From Octopus vulgaris (taxonomy: Eukaryota), in the NCBI GenBank assembly GCA_951406725.2, contig OX597822.1, forward strand, positions 118,234,001 through 118,298,000: 64,000 bases of DNA, written 5' to 3'. The notes beneath the pieces are model-generated. The model made no database searches. It was not told the origin of the DNA and saw nothing but the letters and a program-made list of their open reading frames with translations. The position numbers and the translations under genes are program-made. Of this stretch, positions 28,887 to 41,151 are shown one piece after another (the stretch's first letter is position 1; every line of letters starts with the position of its first letter).

Positions 28887-29914
28887 ATAGTTGCTGTTGT
28901 GTATTCACGCATCAAAACAACAGCAAGGGCTCCTATGTGTGACCACTTAAAGGACCCAGAAAACGTTGCCCAAAAATTCATTCAAATTACACCTTATATT
29001 ACCTTGTGTTACAAAAGAGCTCGTTAGATAGTGAAGTCCTGGTTTCCTGATGTGCTGGTCGCGGCTGGAACGCCTTTGGTCTGACCCGAAGTCATCTGTT
29101 GTGACAACAGTCTCAACAACGATGACAACAGCACAGCAACACCAACACCACCACCACCGACAACAACTGCTACTACATTCCGGTCTTGGAAGCCTCTTGG
29201 TGGTCGCTGGAAATAACCAAATTGTTCCAAAGAAAATCGCTCTCTGCTGCTTCTAAAAAGACAGGGCGGTCACGGCTGGAAAATTTTTGATCATAGGTCA
29301 GATTCAGTCAAAGCAAACCTTGGGTTAAATTATAGCAGTAATGTTGAATAGGTTTTGTAGGACACAGTCTGAGTTAACATTGTTTCTGTGTGTCTCTCTA
29401 CGCGTTCAACAGGTGGGTTTCGTTTGATATGTGGATTTCTATGAGTACAGAGTTAGCATACATACTGCACTCTGCTTGGCAGCCTGGTAATGCCATGTAT
29501 GCGTGCGTATGCGTGTGTGTATACACAGAGAGTGTGAGAACATGGAAGGAGAGTGTGGCAGAAGAGAGCGAGAGGAGAGAGAGAGATAAAGAGAGGAAGG
29601 AAATTTTGTGGCGGATGGATAACTAGAGATTTCTGTATCATTACAGTAGTGTACAGGTGAAATAGAGACAAGATTTATACAGACATACATGTTCATAGTT
29701 AAGGTTCGTGGGAGTTCTTTTTACGCAGTGTGTGACTGGATTAGACACACATGCATGCACGCACACACACGCACACACACGTACACACACACACACGCAC
29801 ACACAGGTGCTGAGATATACGAAATCATAGACACGCACAAACATACAAACAGTAGAACATATAGTTATATATGAATGAACGCGTGAATCCATGTATATTA
29901 GAATATATATACAT

Positions 29915-29945
29915 AAATACAGACGCATGCACACATATGTGTGTA

Positions 29946-29998
<53 letters not shown>

Positions 29999-30065
29999 GC
30001 ATGTGTGTATATATACATGTATATATACATGCATACAGACGTATGCACACATGTGTGTATGCATA

Positions 30066-30098
<33 letters not shown>

Positions 30099-30155
30099 GC
30101 ATGTGTGTATATATACATGCATATATACATGCATACAGACGCATGCACACATATG

Positions 30156-30193
<38 letters not shown>

Positions 30194-30230
30194 TGTGTGT
30201 ATATATACATGCATATATACATGCATACGT
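29915..30230. repeat. Three-copy composite tandem repeat (~100-bp unit with variable TA core)
   Basis: The unit ACAGACG(C/T)ATGCACAC...(TA)n...GCATGTGTGTATATATACATG(T/C)ATATATACATGCAT occurs three times. Confidence 0.85.
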
Positions 30231-30984
30231 GTATACGCACATCCATACACATATATGCATGCATACACACGTACATAAATGCTTACACATACACACGCTG
30301 CCGTTTATACATACATAAATTGCATGCATATATTTACATCCCTCAGTGTGTATACGTGAGTACATGTGTGTGCGAGAGAATGAGAGAGAGAGGGGGAGAG
30401 AGGGAGAGGCTTGTTTATATAATTCTATAATATAAAGAAATTTATCCGTTCGACTGCCATCTTCCGTCTTTCCTTCTCGACGACATTCTCTCCACAGTAA
30501 CTTCGAAACATCCATATTACTCGCACAAGAAGGTTATTCACCACTTTTTCCATCGCACTTTCATTATCATCCCTCTCTCTCTCTCTCTCTCTCTCTCATG
30601 CTCTCTCTCTCATGCTCTCTCTCTCATGCTGCTCTCTCTCTCTCTCTCTATCACTCACTCACTCACTCATTGCACTATAATTTATCACAAATAAACAAAC
30701 AAATACATAAATAAATAAACCGTATCCTTTTCAGTTCCGTATAACCCGTCAATAAAGTTAATGCAATTTCATGTTCCATATCGGGATACCTCGATATATG
30801 TGCGTGAGTATTCATATGCATATGTGTGTGTGTGTGTGTGCATGTGTGTGTGTGTGCATGTGTGTGTGTGTGTGTGCGAGTGTGTTCAACTTGGCTTTCA
30901 TGTTTATTCAGAGAGCTACTAAGTAATTGTCACTGCATTATTTATATACATTTATATATTCCTTATTGTTCAAAATACTTTCGA

Positions 30985-31022
30985 CTGTCTGATGATCGGT
31001 GACGTGAAACTCGGAATAACTG
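30985..31022 (+). ncRNA. Decayed minimal hammerhead, related to 37728-37767
   Basis: Reads ctgt-CTGATGA-tcggtgacgt-GAAAC-tcgga-ATA-actg. The core boxes are intact, but helices I and III are mismatched. Confidence 0.55.
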
Positions 31023-31116
31023 TTTGTGAAGTCTTTTCAGTTTGTGTGTGTGTGCATGTGCATGTGTATTGTATATATGGATGTATACATATGTATGTAT
31101 ACGTATCTATATACAT

Positions 31117-31151
<35 letters not shown>

Positions 31152-31172
31152 ATGCATCATATATAGGTATGC

Positions 31173-31394
<222 letters not shown>

Positions 31395-31474
31395 GTATAT
31401 GTAATCAAGAAGGATTACTCAATGCATTTTTAGCATAGTACATATTTATTAACTGTTATATGGAAACGTTGAGC

Positions 31475-31515
31475 AATGATTTCGAAGTTTCGACCAGTTC
31501 GTCATCATCAGACAG
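31475..31515 (-). ncRNA. Decayed hammerhead-like motif
   Basis: Minus strand reads ctgt-CTGATGA-t-gac-gaactg-gtc-GAAAC-ttcgaa-atc. Helix II is good; helices I and III are poor. Confidence 0.4.
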
Positions 31516-31759
31516 TCTGCTAGTGGCGATCCAACCGAAACTTTGAAGTGTCTAGCATGAAAGGAAATAGTCAAATAGATAGGTTGGTTTGTTTTCGTGA
31601 TTTTTGGTCAATGTAGAGAATATTTCATTAGTATCAGAAATAGCTAATCCCAAATCAATTGACCATTCCACTTTATCTTGTTCTTCACCACATTCTGGTT
31701 ACCTTCGATTACGTTTATTCACACCGCCTAAGATTAAAACAAATCATGATAATAATCCA

Positions 31760-32150
31760 TTCTAATTTTGGCAGTTTTGGGGGAAGTGGGGAAGTCGGTA
31801 ACGACCCCAGTACTTGACGAGTATTTATATTCTTGACTCAGAAAGGCTAAAAAGAAAAGTCGACCTCGACGGAATTTGAACTCGGAACGTTAGGAACCGA
31901 AAGATATGATGCTAAGCATTTTGTTTGATGCGTTAACTATTCTGCCTGCTTACCGCCTTTAAAATAATATTTCTTTTTAACTATGGCACAAGGCCAGCAA
32001 TTTTAGGAGAGGTATGTCAATAATATCGATCCAGTGCTGAACTGGTACATATTTTATCGATGAAAGGCAAAGCTATGGTAGGATTTGAACTCAGAACGTA
32101 AAGAGCCGGAAGAAATTCCGCTAAGCTCTAACGATTCAGGCAGTTCACCA
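31760..32150 (-). mobile_element. Two adjacent diverged SINE family C copies
   Basis: Contains GTCGACCTCGACGGAATTTGAACTC and GGATTTGAACTCAGAACGTAAAG, the reverse complement of the family C head. Confidence 0.75.
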
Positions 32151-32752
32151 GATAGATTTTGCTAATTGCAACTAAACAGCCCCAGAGGGGCTGAAATATC
32201 TGGAAGGGGCACGTTAGATAATGTAGACTTTGACATATTAGGTCTGAATAACAAGACGAGGTGATCATGGCTGGAAAACGTCTCTTCGTCTTTCGTCACA
32301 AGTTTTTGTCAGGACTGATACATGTCCAAAGCAAGCATAGGCAACCTTTTCGAGAATGAGACTTGACTTATCAATAGGCGGGCCGCACTACTTAAAAAAA
32401 TTCAAGGTAATTGTTCGTTGGCGTGCCATTCGGAAAGTGCCGCGAGTTGCAGTTTGCTTCTAAACATTGATGTCAGTGGCAACGGCGAGAAATGAAACCG
32501 AGCTGGACTCTAAGAAATCGTTCACCTGTTGAGCATTTATTTGTTTGTCTCTGTTTGTTCGTTCGTTCGTTTGTTTGTTTGTTTATACCTTTATCTCAAT
32601 TGTTGAGATTGGGTTTCTTCATACACTGATAATTATAGCTTGTTCTCATTAATAATCTCAATTAATTATCCACAAGGGAGCTTCATTTAATTGTAGTGAT
32701 CATAGAGTGGAAACAATAAATGTTTTATTTTCGTGTCAGAATATGACACGCA

Positions 32753-33243
32753 GACACCACATGCACACAAACACCACATGCACACATACACCACATGCAC
32801 ACAAACACCACATGCACACAAACACCACATGCACACAAACACCACATGCACACAAACACCACATGCACACAAACACCACATGCACACAAACACCACATGC
32901 ACACAAACACCACATGCACACAAACACCACATGCACACATACACCACATGCACACAAACACCACATGCACACAAACACCACATGCACACATACACCACAT
33001 GCACACAAACACCACATGCACACAAACACCACATGCACACAAACACCACATGCACACAAACACCACATGCACGCAAACACCACATGCACGCAAACACCAC
33101 ATGCACGCAAACACCACATGCACACAAACACCACATGCACACAAACACCACATGCACACAAACACCACATGCACACAAACACCACATGCACACAAACACC
33201 ACATGCACACAAACACCACATGCACGCAAACACCACATGCACA
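32753..33243. repeat. 17-bp minisatellite (ACACCACATGCACACAA)n, about 29 copies
   Basis: Highly homogeneous tandem array with two recurring variants (…CACAT and …CGCAA). Confidence 0.97.
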
Positions 33244-33821
33244 CATTCACTACATGCACACATACACACTAGCATACGCACAAACACATAATCAAACACA
33301 CACGCACACGGTCAGCCGAATACAACGTGTTATCCCACCTGATCTTACCTGTTGCAATCATAACGTCAACATGCTAAAAATAGCATCTATATTTTCCCTA
33401 ATAAATAGCAACACATCACCTTCGGAACAACCAAGCAGCTAATATTTAAATGTTTATATTTCTATTCATATTCATATATTTATATATTTTCAGCTGTCTT
33501 CAAGCCAAACTATCTTACAAGCCCCACCACCACCATTACAATTTATTTTCCAATCCATCTCGGAGACAATTGTTTTCATCAGTGTATAGCATACGGTAAA
33601 ATGGTGTGTGTGTATTTGGCAGAGTGAATTACGGTTGCTGCTACGACTGCTATTAATTGAATATTTGACCACGTCCATCATTTCTTACTTTTCCGTGTTT
33701 ATTTTTACTTCCTAGTAACACACATGCAGACACACGTGTAACTAAGTAGCACAAAATTGCACGGATGGCTGCATGTGTGTGTGTGTGGGGAAGTGCAATT
33801 TGTGTGCGAGGTTGGGAGTGA

Positions 33822-34060
33822 AGGTGCATGGCTTTGCAATTAGTTGTTGCACTCATGATCGCAAGGTCGGGGTTTCGATTCCCCCGACCAGCGGTGTTTT
33901 GTGTTCTTGAGAAAAGCACTTCATTTCACCTTTATTCCAGTCCACTCGGCTATGAAATGTGGAACCATGCGACGGACCGATGTTCCGTTCAGATAGAATT
34001 TGGTCTGTCCGCCTAGCCATCGGGGTGTCATCATTCGAAAGCTACAACAGTGCGAGGAAG
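33822..34060 (+). mobile_element. Diverged tRNA-SINE family B
   Basis: Contains GGTTTCGATTCCC...GTGTTCTTGAGAAAAGCACTTCATTTCAC...CCAGTCCACTC. Confidence 0.7.
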
Positions 34061-34873
34061 TACAATGTACCCGCGCTGTATAACAGTGTACATGTATGTG
34101 TGTGTACGCGCTTGTGAGTGTGTGTGTGTGTGTGTGTGTTACAATCTCCGTTAAACTTTAATTTTCTCTTTTGGTTTTATTATGGTTGTTGTGGTTCCTA
34201 AGTAGTGTAGCGCTCCTTATTATCCATGTGTTTGTTATTGGAACTGTTGCTACTATTATAAGTTATATAAGCTCTTTAGTACCATTGTAAATTATAAGTT
34301 TTTTTCTTTAATATCCTCAAATCAAACTTTGCACCCCAACATAAACACTATTCCATTTTAACAGATCCACAATCAAACTTTCTTATTCCACCACGCCTAA
34401 CCTCGGATACCTAACCGCTGCATCGAACAGACGAATTATCAGATCTCTACTAATGAAGCCTGATAATTCCAGTTACAACATTCCCTATAATTATGATAAC
34501 AATGATATCGATTCTTTTAATTGTTCTCAGATCATTTACCATAGTTCTAATAGTCCTAATTTCACTTATAAGAGTAACTACAACACAAGACATAATCTCG
34601 TAAGAATATGCACCACTACGATTAATTATGGGAACGTCAACCTTAACAGAACCAAAACTGAAAACAGAAATGCAACGAAGTACGTTGAATATAATATTAG
34701 CATTAAAACATCATAGTGACAGTAACGAGTATAGTTATAATAATAGCAATTATCCACATTATGAGTATACCATTAATGACAAAACAATATTATAGGTACC
34801 CTTAACAATGAGAATAATTGTAAGAATCCAAACTATACCATTATTAAATACCACAGTAAAGTTAAACACACAC

Positions 34874-34920
<47 letters not shown>

Positions 34921-34935
<15 letters not shown>

Positions 34936-34990
34936 AAACACCTTTTATCAATTCAAAATGAACAATTAAATTACACCATCTAGAAAATTA
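34921..34990 (-). mobile_element. PLE-related terminal fragment
   Basis: Its reverse complement (AGATGGTGTAATTTAATTGTTCATTTTGAATTGATAAAAGG) resembles 47793-47835 in the 3' region of the intact PLE. It ends TTTTTCTAATATATA into (TA)n. Confidence 0.6.
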
Positions 34991-35077
34991 CATATAATAG
35001 AAATATTAGAAATAAAATAACAATAATATACCGATGATTAAGTAAATTGCAAAATAATAATAAAAACCTATATATTT

Positions 35078-35110
<33 letters not shown>

Positions 35111-35939
35111 GTTGGGATTTAATGAGATGCTTCAGATGACATGGTTGAAGAACAACATGTGTTTGATTATTAATATGATCATTTATTATATATTAATTAT
35201 TGTGTTATTACGATATTGAAGATCGTTATAATGCAAGTCGTTACAGTATATAAGAAATACAACTTCGTCGAGGTGTTTGTGTGTACACAGCTTATTTGTT
35301 GACCTCCAATCCATTGTGCATAACAGTTTTAATAGTTTCATCTTTGTGATAGCTAGAGAGAGTAAGACAGAATGAAGGAATTTATGCAGATAGAAAGAGT
35401 AACAGTTGTGTCCTTGCACTCATGACAAGACATAGCTGAGGTGAGGAAGGTATTGAATTACCAATAGTGAAATCTTGCTCCCAAGCCAGACACCGGATGA
35501 CCAGAAGAAGTTGACTGATATGTATTTGTGGGTTTTATAACTTTGCTAATCTAATTAGGTCAACTGAGAAGAATAAGATTTTTCACTATATCAAGCTTGA
35601 GCGATGAATACTTCGGAAAAGGTCTAAGAGGTAAACTTATACACATTAAATCTCTTCGTGCAGAAAGGCGAAGACAATGAGCCGAGAACTTGTTTGTCAA
35701 TGTGGAAAATTGTGGATTCGCATCCGGATCTTAGCCAAGGTGTTCTGTAGCTGTTCACTACATCACACACTTCTTAGATAATTTGTCGAACACAAAGGAT
35801 CGATACTTGCAGGCATGTACGCACATGTATGCATGTTCTCTTTCTCTTTGATTTAGAGTAAATTTTGACCGGCCACCGACTTGGTGTGAATAGTATGTGA
35901 AGAGTAGTATCTTGTTTTAACAATCATTCTTTAAATCTT

Positions 35940-36520
35940 AAGGTCCTGCAGATTTTTATACTACTAGAAAGGGTAATGATTTTTAGTGTATGAATTAAGG
36001 ATTTGCATTCTCTCCACAAAATTCATTCATACTTTGCCCTAGACGGGTTGGTATGCATCTTGCTGCTCCAGTGATAATAGCTATGAAGCTGAAAGTGTAT
36101 CTTGGGTACTGGATTTGCAAACTTCTTATCAATAGTCCATAGATGTCCTCTTTCTCTTGTATTTTTCCAACCACATTCGTGTCTAGGGTTAGCTGATTTC
36201 CACAACAGAGCATATCCTTTTTTTGTGGTCCCACATAACGATGACCGGCCGGTTGTGTTTTAACTTGGTGGCCGTTTTAATTGTCAAGTTCTACCAATAT
36301 TCTTTTGACCCATCGGTCTCAATATAGTCAACATTGTTCGTAGATTCGTTCTCTTTTTTGCTATCCTGTTCCAGACTGTCCTGGCCAGTTTCATCTCATG
36401 GGAAAATAATATAAGATATATGGAATGCATTCTTCCACGGTGAGCAATAATTTGGTTGATGTCTTCCGTCTTGGTCTTGCACAGCCTTTGATGTCTCGTG
36501 ACCGAGGAAGACCATCGCTG
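35940..36520 (-). mobile_element. Decayed R4/Dong-clade LINE, C-terminal zinc knuckle + restriction-like endonuclease
   Basis: Fragments RLCKTKTEDINQII (CCHC remnant), KHNRPVIVMWDHKK..VEIS and LDTNVVGKIQEKEDIYGLLIRSLQIQYPRYTFSFIAIITGA, interrupted by stops and frameshifts. Confidence 0.75.
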
Positions 36521-37145
36521 ACCATTAAGAACATTGTGTGTGCACTCAGACAAATTTATACTTTACACTCCGCTGATGACTACTGGGTCTAGTGCATGAG
36601 AAACACACACCTCCGAAGATACGGCCAACTATGTCCCCCCGCCCCCATTTACTACATTACCGGTATATTTTAGAGCAGCTTGCTTAACTTCGCGAAATAT
36701 GCGTGGTTTTTTTTTTCGAAAATGTCCATTTCTTCCTTTATTTGTTTGGTCTCGTGCCTGGTTCCAACCAGCGGCGTGGCTAATAGGGAAGCAAGAGGAG
36801 CGACCGTTGCCCCACGAACACATTTTTTTAAATTATAAAATTTATAATCAATGTGTTAAAAACTGTCTGATGTGAGTCACGATGCCTTTTTTTTTTTTTG
36901 TATATGTTCTCTGCCATTAACTTCCGAACATGGCTACGCCCCTGATCCCAACATGGCATAACAAGACGGTCAAAAGTTGTTGAGTATCGTGCATGTGCTG
37001 ACGTCACTCCTTTAGTCATGTGAGATATGTACATTTTCTAGGCATTATATAGAGAGATACATACATACATTCCTACCTACATATATACATACATAGTATA
37101 TGATATCATATTATATTTATTATATATATTATATATATTATATAT

Positions 37146-37180
<35 letters not shown>

Positions 37181-37182
37181 TA

Positions 37183-37608
37183 GGGATAGCTGTGTGGCAA
37201 GAAGTTTGCTTTCTAATCACATGGTTCCGGGTTCAGTCATACTGCGTGGTACTTTGGGCAAGTATCTTCTACTACAGCCTTGGGCTGACTAAAAACTTGT
37301 GTGTGAATTTGGTAAACGGAAACTGAAAGAAGCCTGTCGTGTAAATATATATATATATATAAGTAGGTATGTATGTTTGCATGTATGTATGTATATATGT
37401 ATATGGGTAAATATCTATGAGTGTGTGTGTCTTTGTGTTTGTCCCCTCACCATTGCTTGACAACCGATGTCGGTGTGCTTACGTCCCCATAATCTAGCAG
37501 TTCAGCAAAAGATAGCGATAGAATAAGTACTAGGTTTAAAAAGTCCTGGGGTCGATTAGGCGGTGCTCCAGAATGGCCGCAGCCTAATGAGTGAAACAAG
37601 ATAAAAGA
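37183..37608 (+). mobile_element. SINE family A
   Basis: Colinear with 60103-60515. Confidence 0.88.
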
Positions 37609-37634
37609 TATATATACACATATATATATATATA

Positions 37635-37870
37635 CTTTATTAAAAAGCAGCAAAAATATCACAAAAACTGTTACTCAGAGTTTCACGTTCCTTTAGTCGG
37701 ACAGTTTTGTTTAGAATTCTAAACAAAGCTGTCCGATGAACGGGAGCGTGAAACTCTGAGTAACAGTCTTTCTGTAATTTGTTCTGCCTTTTAATAAAGC
37801 ATATTAGTCTACATCTGGTATTCGAGGACTATTTTTTCCACCTTGTTTCACATTTATGTGTTTACTCTGT
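37635..37870. mobile_element. ORF-less palindromic mini-element with a hammerhead on each strand and a ~70-nt one-sided tail, inserted in (TA)n
   Basis: 37635-37799 is a loopless imperfect palindrome centred on GAA|TTC (37716/37717). Each arm ends in AATAAAG. The tail spans 37800-37870. Confidence 0.85.
37728..37767 (+). ncRNA. Minimal type I hammerhead (CCGAUGA core variant)
   Basis: Reads gctgt-CCGATGA-acg-ggag-cgt-GAAAC-tctga-GTA-acagt. The mirror copy on the minus strand (37667-37705) reads CCGACTA, a mutated core. Confidence 0.8.
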
Positions 37871-37980
37871 TATATATACATACATATATACATATATACA
37901 TATGTGTGTATGTGTACAGAGAGAGAGAGAGAGAACGCTGAAATGCTAAATGCACTGATGATTGCTAAATGCAATATGTT

Positions 37981-38045
<65 letters not shown>

Positions 38046-38133
38046 TCTGAAAATATAAAAAAAATAACTCTCACCTCCATTCGATCATTTTACAGTGACT
38101 AGAAATATTGTCTCCAGCGATGGATTGGGGAAG

Positions 38134-38164
<31 letters not shown>

Positions 38165-38265
38165 TCGTTTGACATGAAAACACCTGAAAATATGTAAATA
38201 TAGATGTGCAGTATCGAATATAAATAAGGCAAAATAAACAAAGCAAATTATACAATGTGTGTGTG

Positions 38266-38308
<43 letters not shown>

Positions 38309-38456
38309 CTGTGTGTGTTTGTAAGCAGTTTGGTTGTTTCTAAGACGACGAATGGTTAGGAATAATGAGGGAACATACAGATGCTATTTTTAGCTTGTTG
38401 ACGTGATGATAGCAACAGGTAAGATCAGGTGGAATAACACGTTTATATTCGATTGA

Positions 38457-38491
<35 letters not shown>

Positions 38492-38600
38492 TGTTTGTTT
38501 GGGATTATAGAGCTGTATGTATGTGATGGTTGTGTGTGTAGATATTTCTGCATTTATCTGTGTGTTTGAATGACTCGAACGATGTATGGATCTGTGTGCG

Positions 38601-38650
<50 letters not shown>

Positions 38651-39062
38651 TGTGTGTGTGTGTGTTTGAGTGTTTGTTGTTTTATATCCACGGGTTACCT
38701 TCGTAGTATACATATCTGTTTGAATATATATATGTGTATATATTACGTCGTTCAGAGAGGGCGGTGATAGTGAGAGAACGGAGAGGATTTTACTAGTATA
38801 ACTCTAGTAGTCCGTAATATGTGTGTGTAGGCGTGTGTTAGTATTTGTGTTTATATGTATCACCCTCTGTATGTGCGTGTATGTATGTATCCATGCATGT
38901 ACGTATGTGTGTGTGTGTGTATATATATATATATGTATGTATATGTGTGGTATCATGACATATTTAGAGAGAGTGATTGGAGTACAGTTTCATTGAGTGT
39001 GAGTTTGTGTGAATATGTGAATGTAAATCTCAGTTTATTCGTTGGTGATCGTGTAACAGGTA

Positions 39063-39143
<81 letters not shown>

Positions 39144-39148
39144 CATAC

Positions 39149-39226
<78 letters not shown>

Positions 39227-39227
39227 A

Positions 39228-39259
<32 letters not shown>

Positions 39260-39607
39260 ACTTTGTCTCTCTGCCTAACTGTGTATCGATTTATCTGTAT
39301 GTATTTCTGTCTATCGATATATATGTGTGTGCGTGTGTGGGTGCATATAAAGAGAGAGGGAGAGTGAGAGGCACTCGCACAAAACAAGAGGGAGGGCGCG
39401 TGCATTTGTACAAGTGTGCGAACTCGTGAGTGAGCGTAAGCGTCTGTGTTACGGTGCGAGAGGCTGTACGTGTGGAAGAACTCGCTCACGTCAGTTTGCA
39501 CGTGTCTTCCCGTGTTTTTCTGGGCATCTAGGAACAAGCACGTTACACATACATACATGAACATTTTTTCCTCCGTCTTCCCATCCTTGGATCTTTCCTC
39601 TTTCTAT

Positions 39608-39641
39608 GTTTCTGACGAAGAGCTCCGCTCGAAACGCTAAA
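39608..39641 (+). ncRNA. Minimal hammerhead with probable inactivating change
   Basis: Reads ttt-CTGACGA-a-gagc-tcc-gctc-GAAAC-GCT-aaa. Helix II is perfect, but the core needs GTH where GCT is present. Confidence 0.6.
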
Positions 39642-40129
39642 TCCTCCTTCTTTCTTTCCTTTCCTGAGCATCCAATAACACTAGACTTGTTCCACGTCCT
39701 CGCGTTGTTGTGCTTTCTCTTTGTATTTTCATGTTTGGATTGACTTTATATACATACATATATATATATATATGTATGTATATATCTTTTATCTTTTAAT
39801 TATTTCAGTCAACTGACCGCAACCATGCTTGGGCACCACTTTATACTTACAATCATACATCCATATGTGTGTGGGTGTGTGTGTGGGTGTACCCAAAGAT
39901 TGATGGGTGAAGTCACGCGTGCACACATACAGACACACATACACAGAAGCGCATACACTCACACACATCGTATGGATATATGATATATTCATGCGAAGTG
40001 GTTAACTATATACAGATATCAACAATACCTATTATCAAAAATCCCACTTTTACTAGTGGTCGTAGTAGTAGTAGTAGTAGTAGTTGTAGTGGGAAAATTG
40101 TAGGTCACTTCATATTGTATATACGTGTA

Positions 40130-40203
<74 letters not shown>

Positions 40204-40563
40204 TTATAAAATGAGATAGGGGTTGAAAATTCAACCCACCATGGGATAACATATATCCAATATACTGCTAGATAGGTACCCAACAAGACTAATACATAAA
40301 TGTTAAAAAATTGCCAAGCAATTAGTTCATCTATTGTATTATATGGGCAAAGGTAATAATATTACCGTAAATTAATACTACAAAATTAGAAAATGGAGAA
40401 ACATACTTAAATCAATAAAACATCAACTATCAGATGATACCCAATCAATACTTTATTACACTATTACATATCAGTAAAGGCATTATACAAAATATACAGT
40501 AAATGTAAATAGACAAGGAAATATAAGTATAAAATATAAAATATAATATGTAATTAAATCATA

Positions 40564-40673
40564 TCTGACAGCTGTTTCGGCAGCAAGGGCAGTCATACCT
40601 CATTTAACCTATAAGCCATAAAGGCAGGTATAAATGAGGCATTAACAAGGATGCCCCACGGCCTCTTCAGAGA
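40564..40673 (-). ncRNA. Type I hammerhead ribozyme, intact core, 85-nt rod-like helix II
   Basis: Minus strand reads tct-CTGAAGA-ggc..ggggca..gcctcattta..taaatgaggt..tgccct..gcc-GAAAC-agct-GTC-aga. AATAAA lies downstream (40452-40457, minus) and the island ends at (TA)n near 40200. Confidence 0.85.
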
Positions 40674-41009
40674 ATTTAATTTGTTATAATTGTGAAAAAA
40701 AATATTTTTCCATATACATATAAATATAAAAATATAAAAATGTAAAATATAAAAACTTATTCATAAACTTCATAATGCTACACATATAATATAATACTCA
40801 TTGGTACAATAATGCAAGGTAAACAAAACAAAATAAAACAAAATATATATCAGTGTATATATTAATATTAATAAGTACAGTTATTATACATATTTGGCTA
40901 ATAGTTTTAAAAAAAACTAACACATAGGGAGATGAAAAATAATAATTAAAACCATGGTTCAGTTCATAAAATTATAAAGCTATAAAAGTCAATAAAAATT
41001 ACTATTAAT

Positions 41010-41082
<73 letters not shown>

Positions 41083-41096
41083 GATACAGTTATGTT

Positions 41097-41151
41097 AGCA
41101 CCAAGTCCATCCTTTCAAGATCGAAATAACTGAAAGGATGGACTTGGTGCT
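41097..41151. repeat. Perfect 21-bp hairpin with 13-nt loop
   Basis: AGCACCAAGTCCATCCTTTCA-agatcgaaataac-TGAAAGGATGGACTTGGTGCT. Confidence 0.9.

Noticed and set aside
30440-30475. Hammerhead-like string on the minus strand (CGGAAGA-tggcagtc-GAAC)
   Set aside because: Both core boxes are defective and there is no clear helix I or III.
32753-33243. Regular short repeats resembling a CRISPR array
   Set aside because: There are no unique spacers or cas genes and the context is eukaryotic; this is a plain minisatellite.
36590-37058. Helitron-like 5' end on the minus strand (ATCTCTCTATATAA)
   Set aside because: No 3' hairpin plus CTAG terminus was found with confidence.
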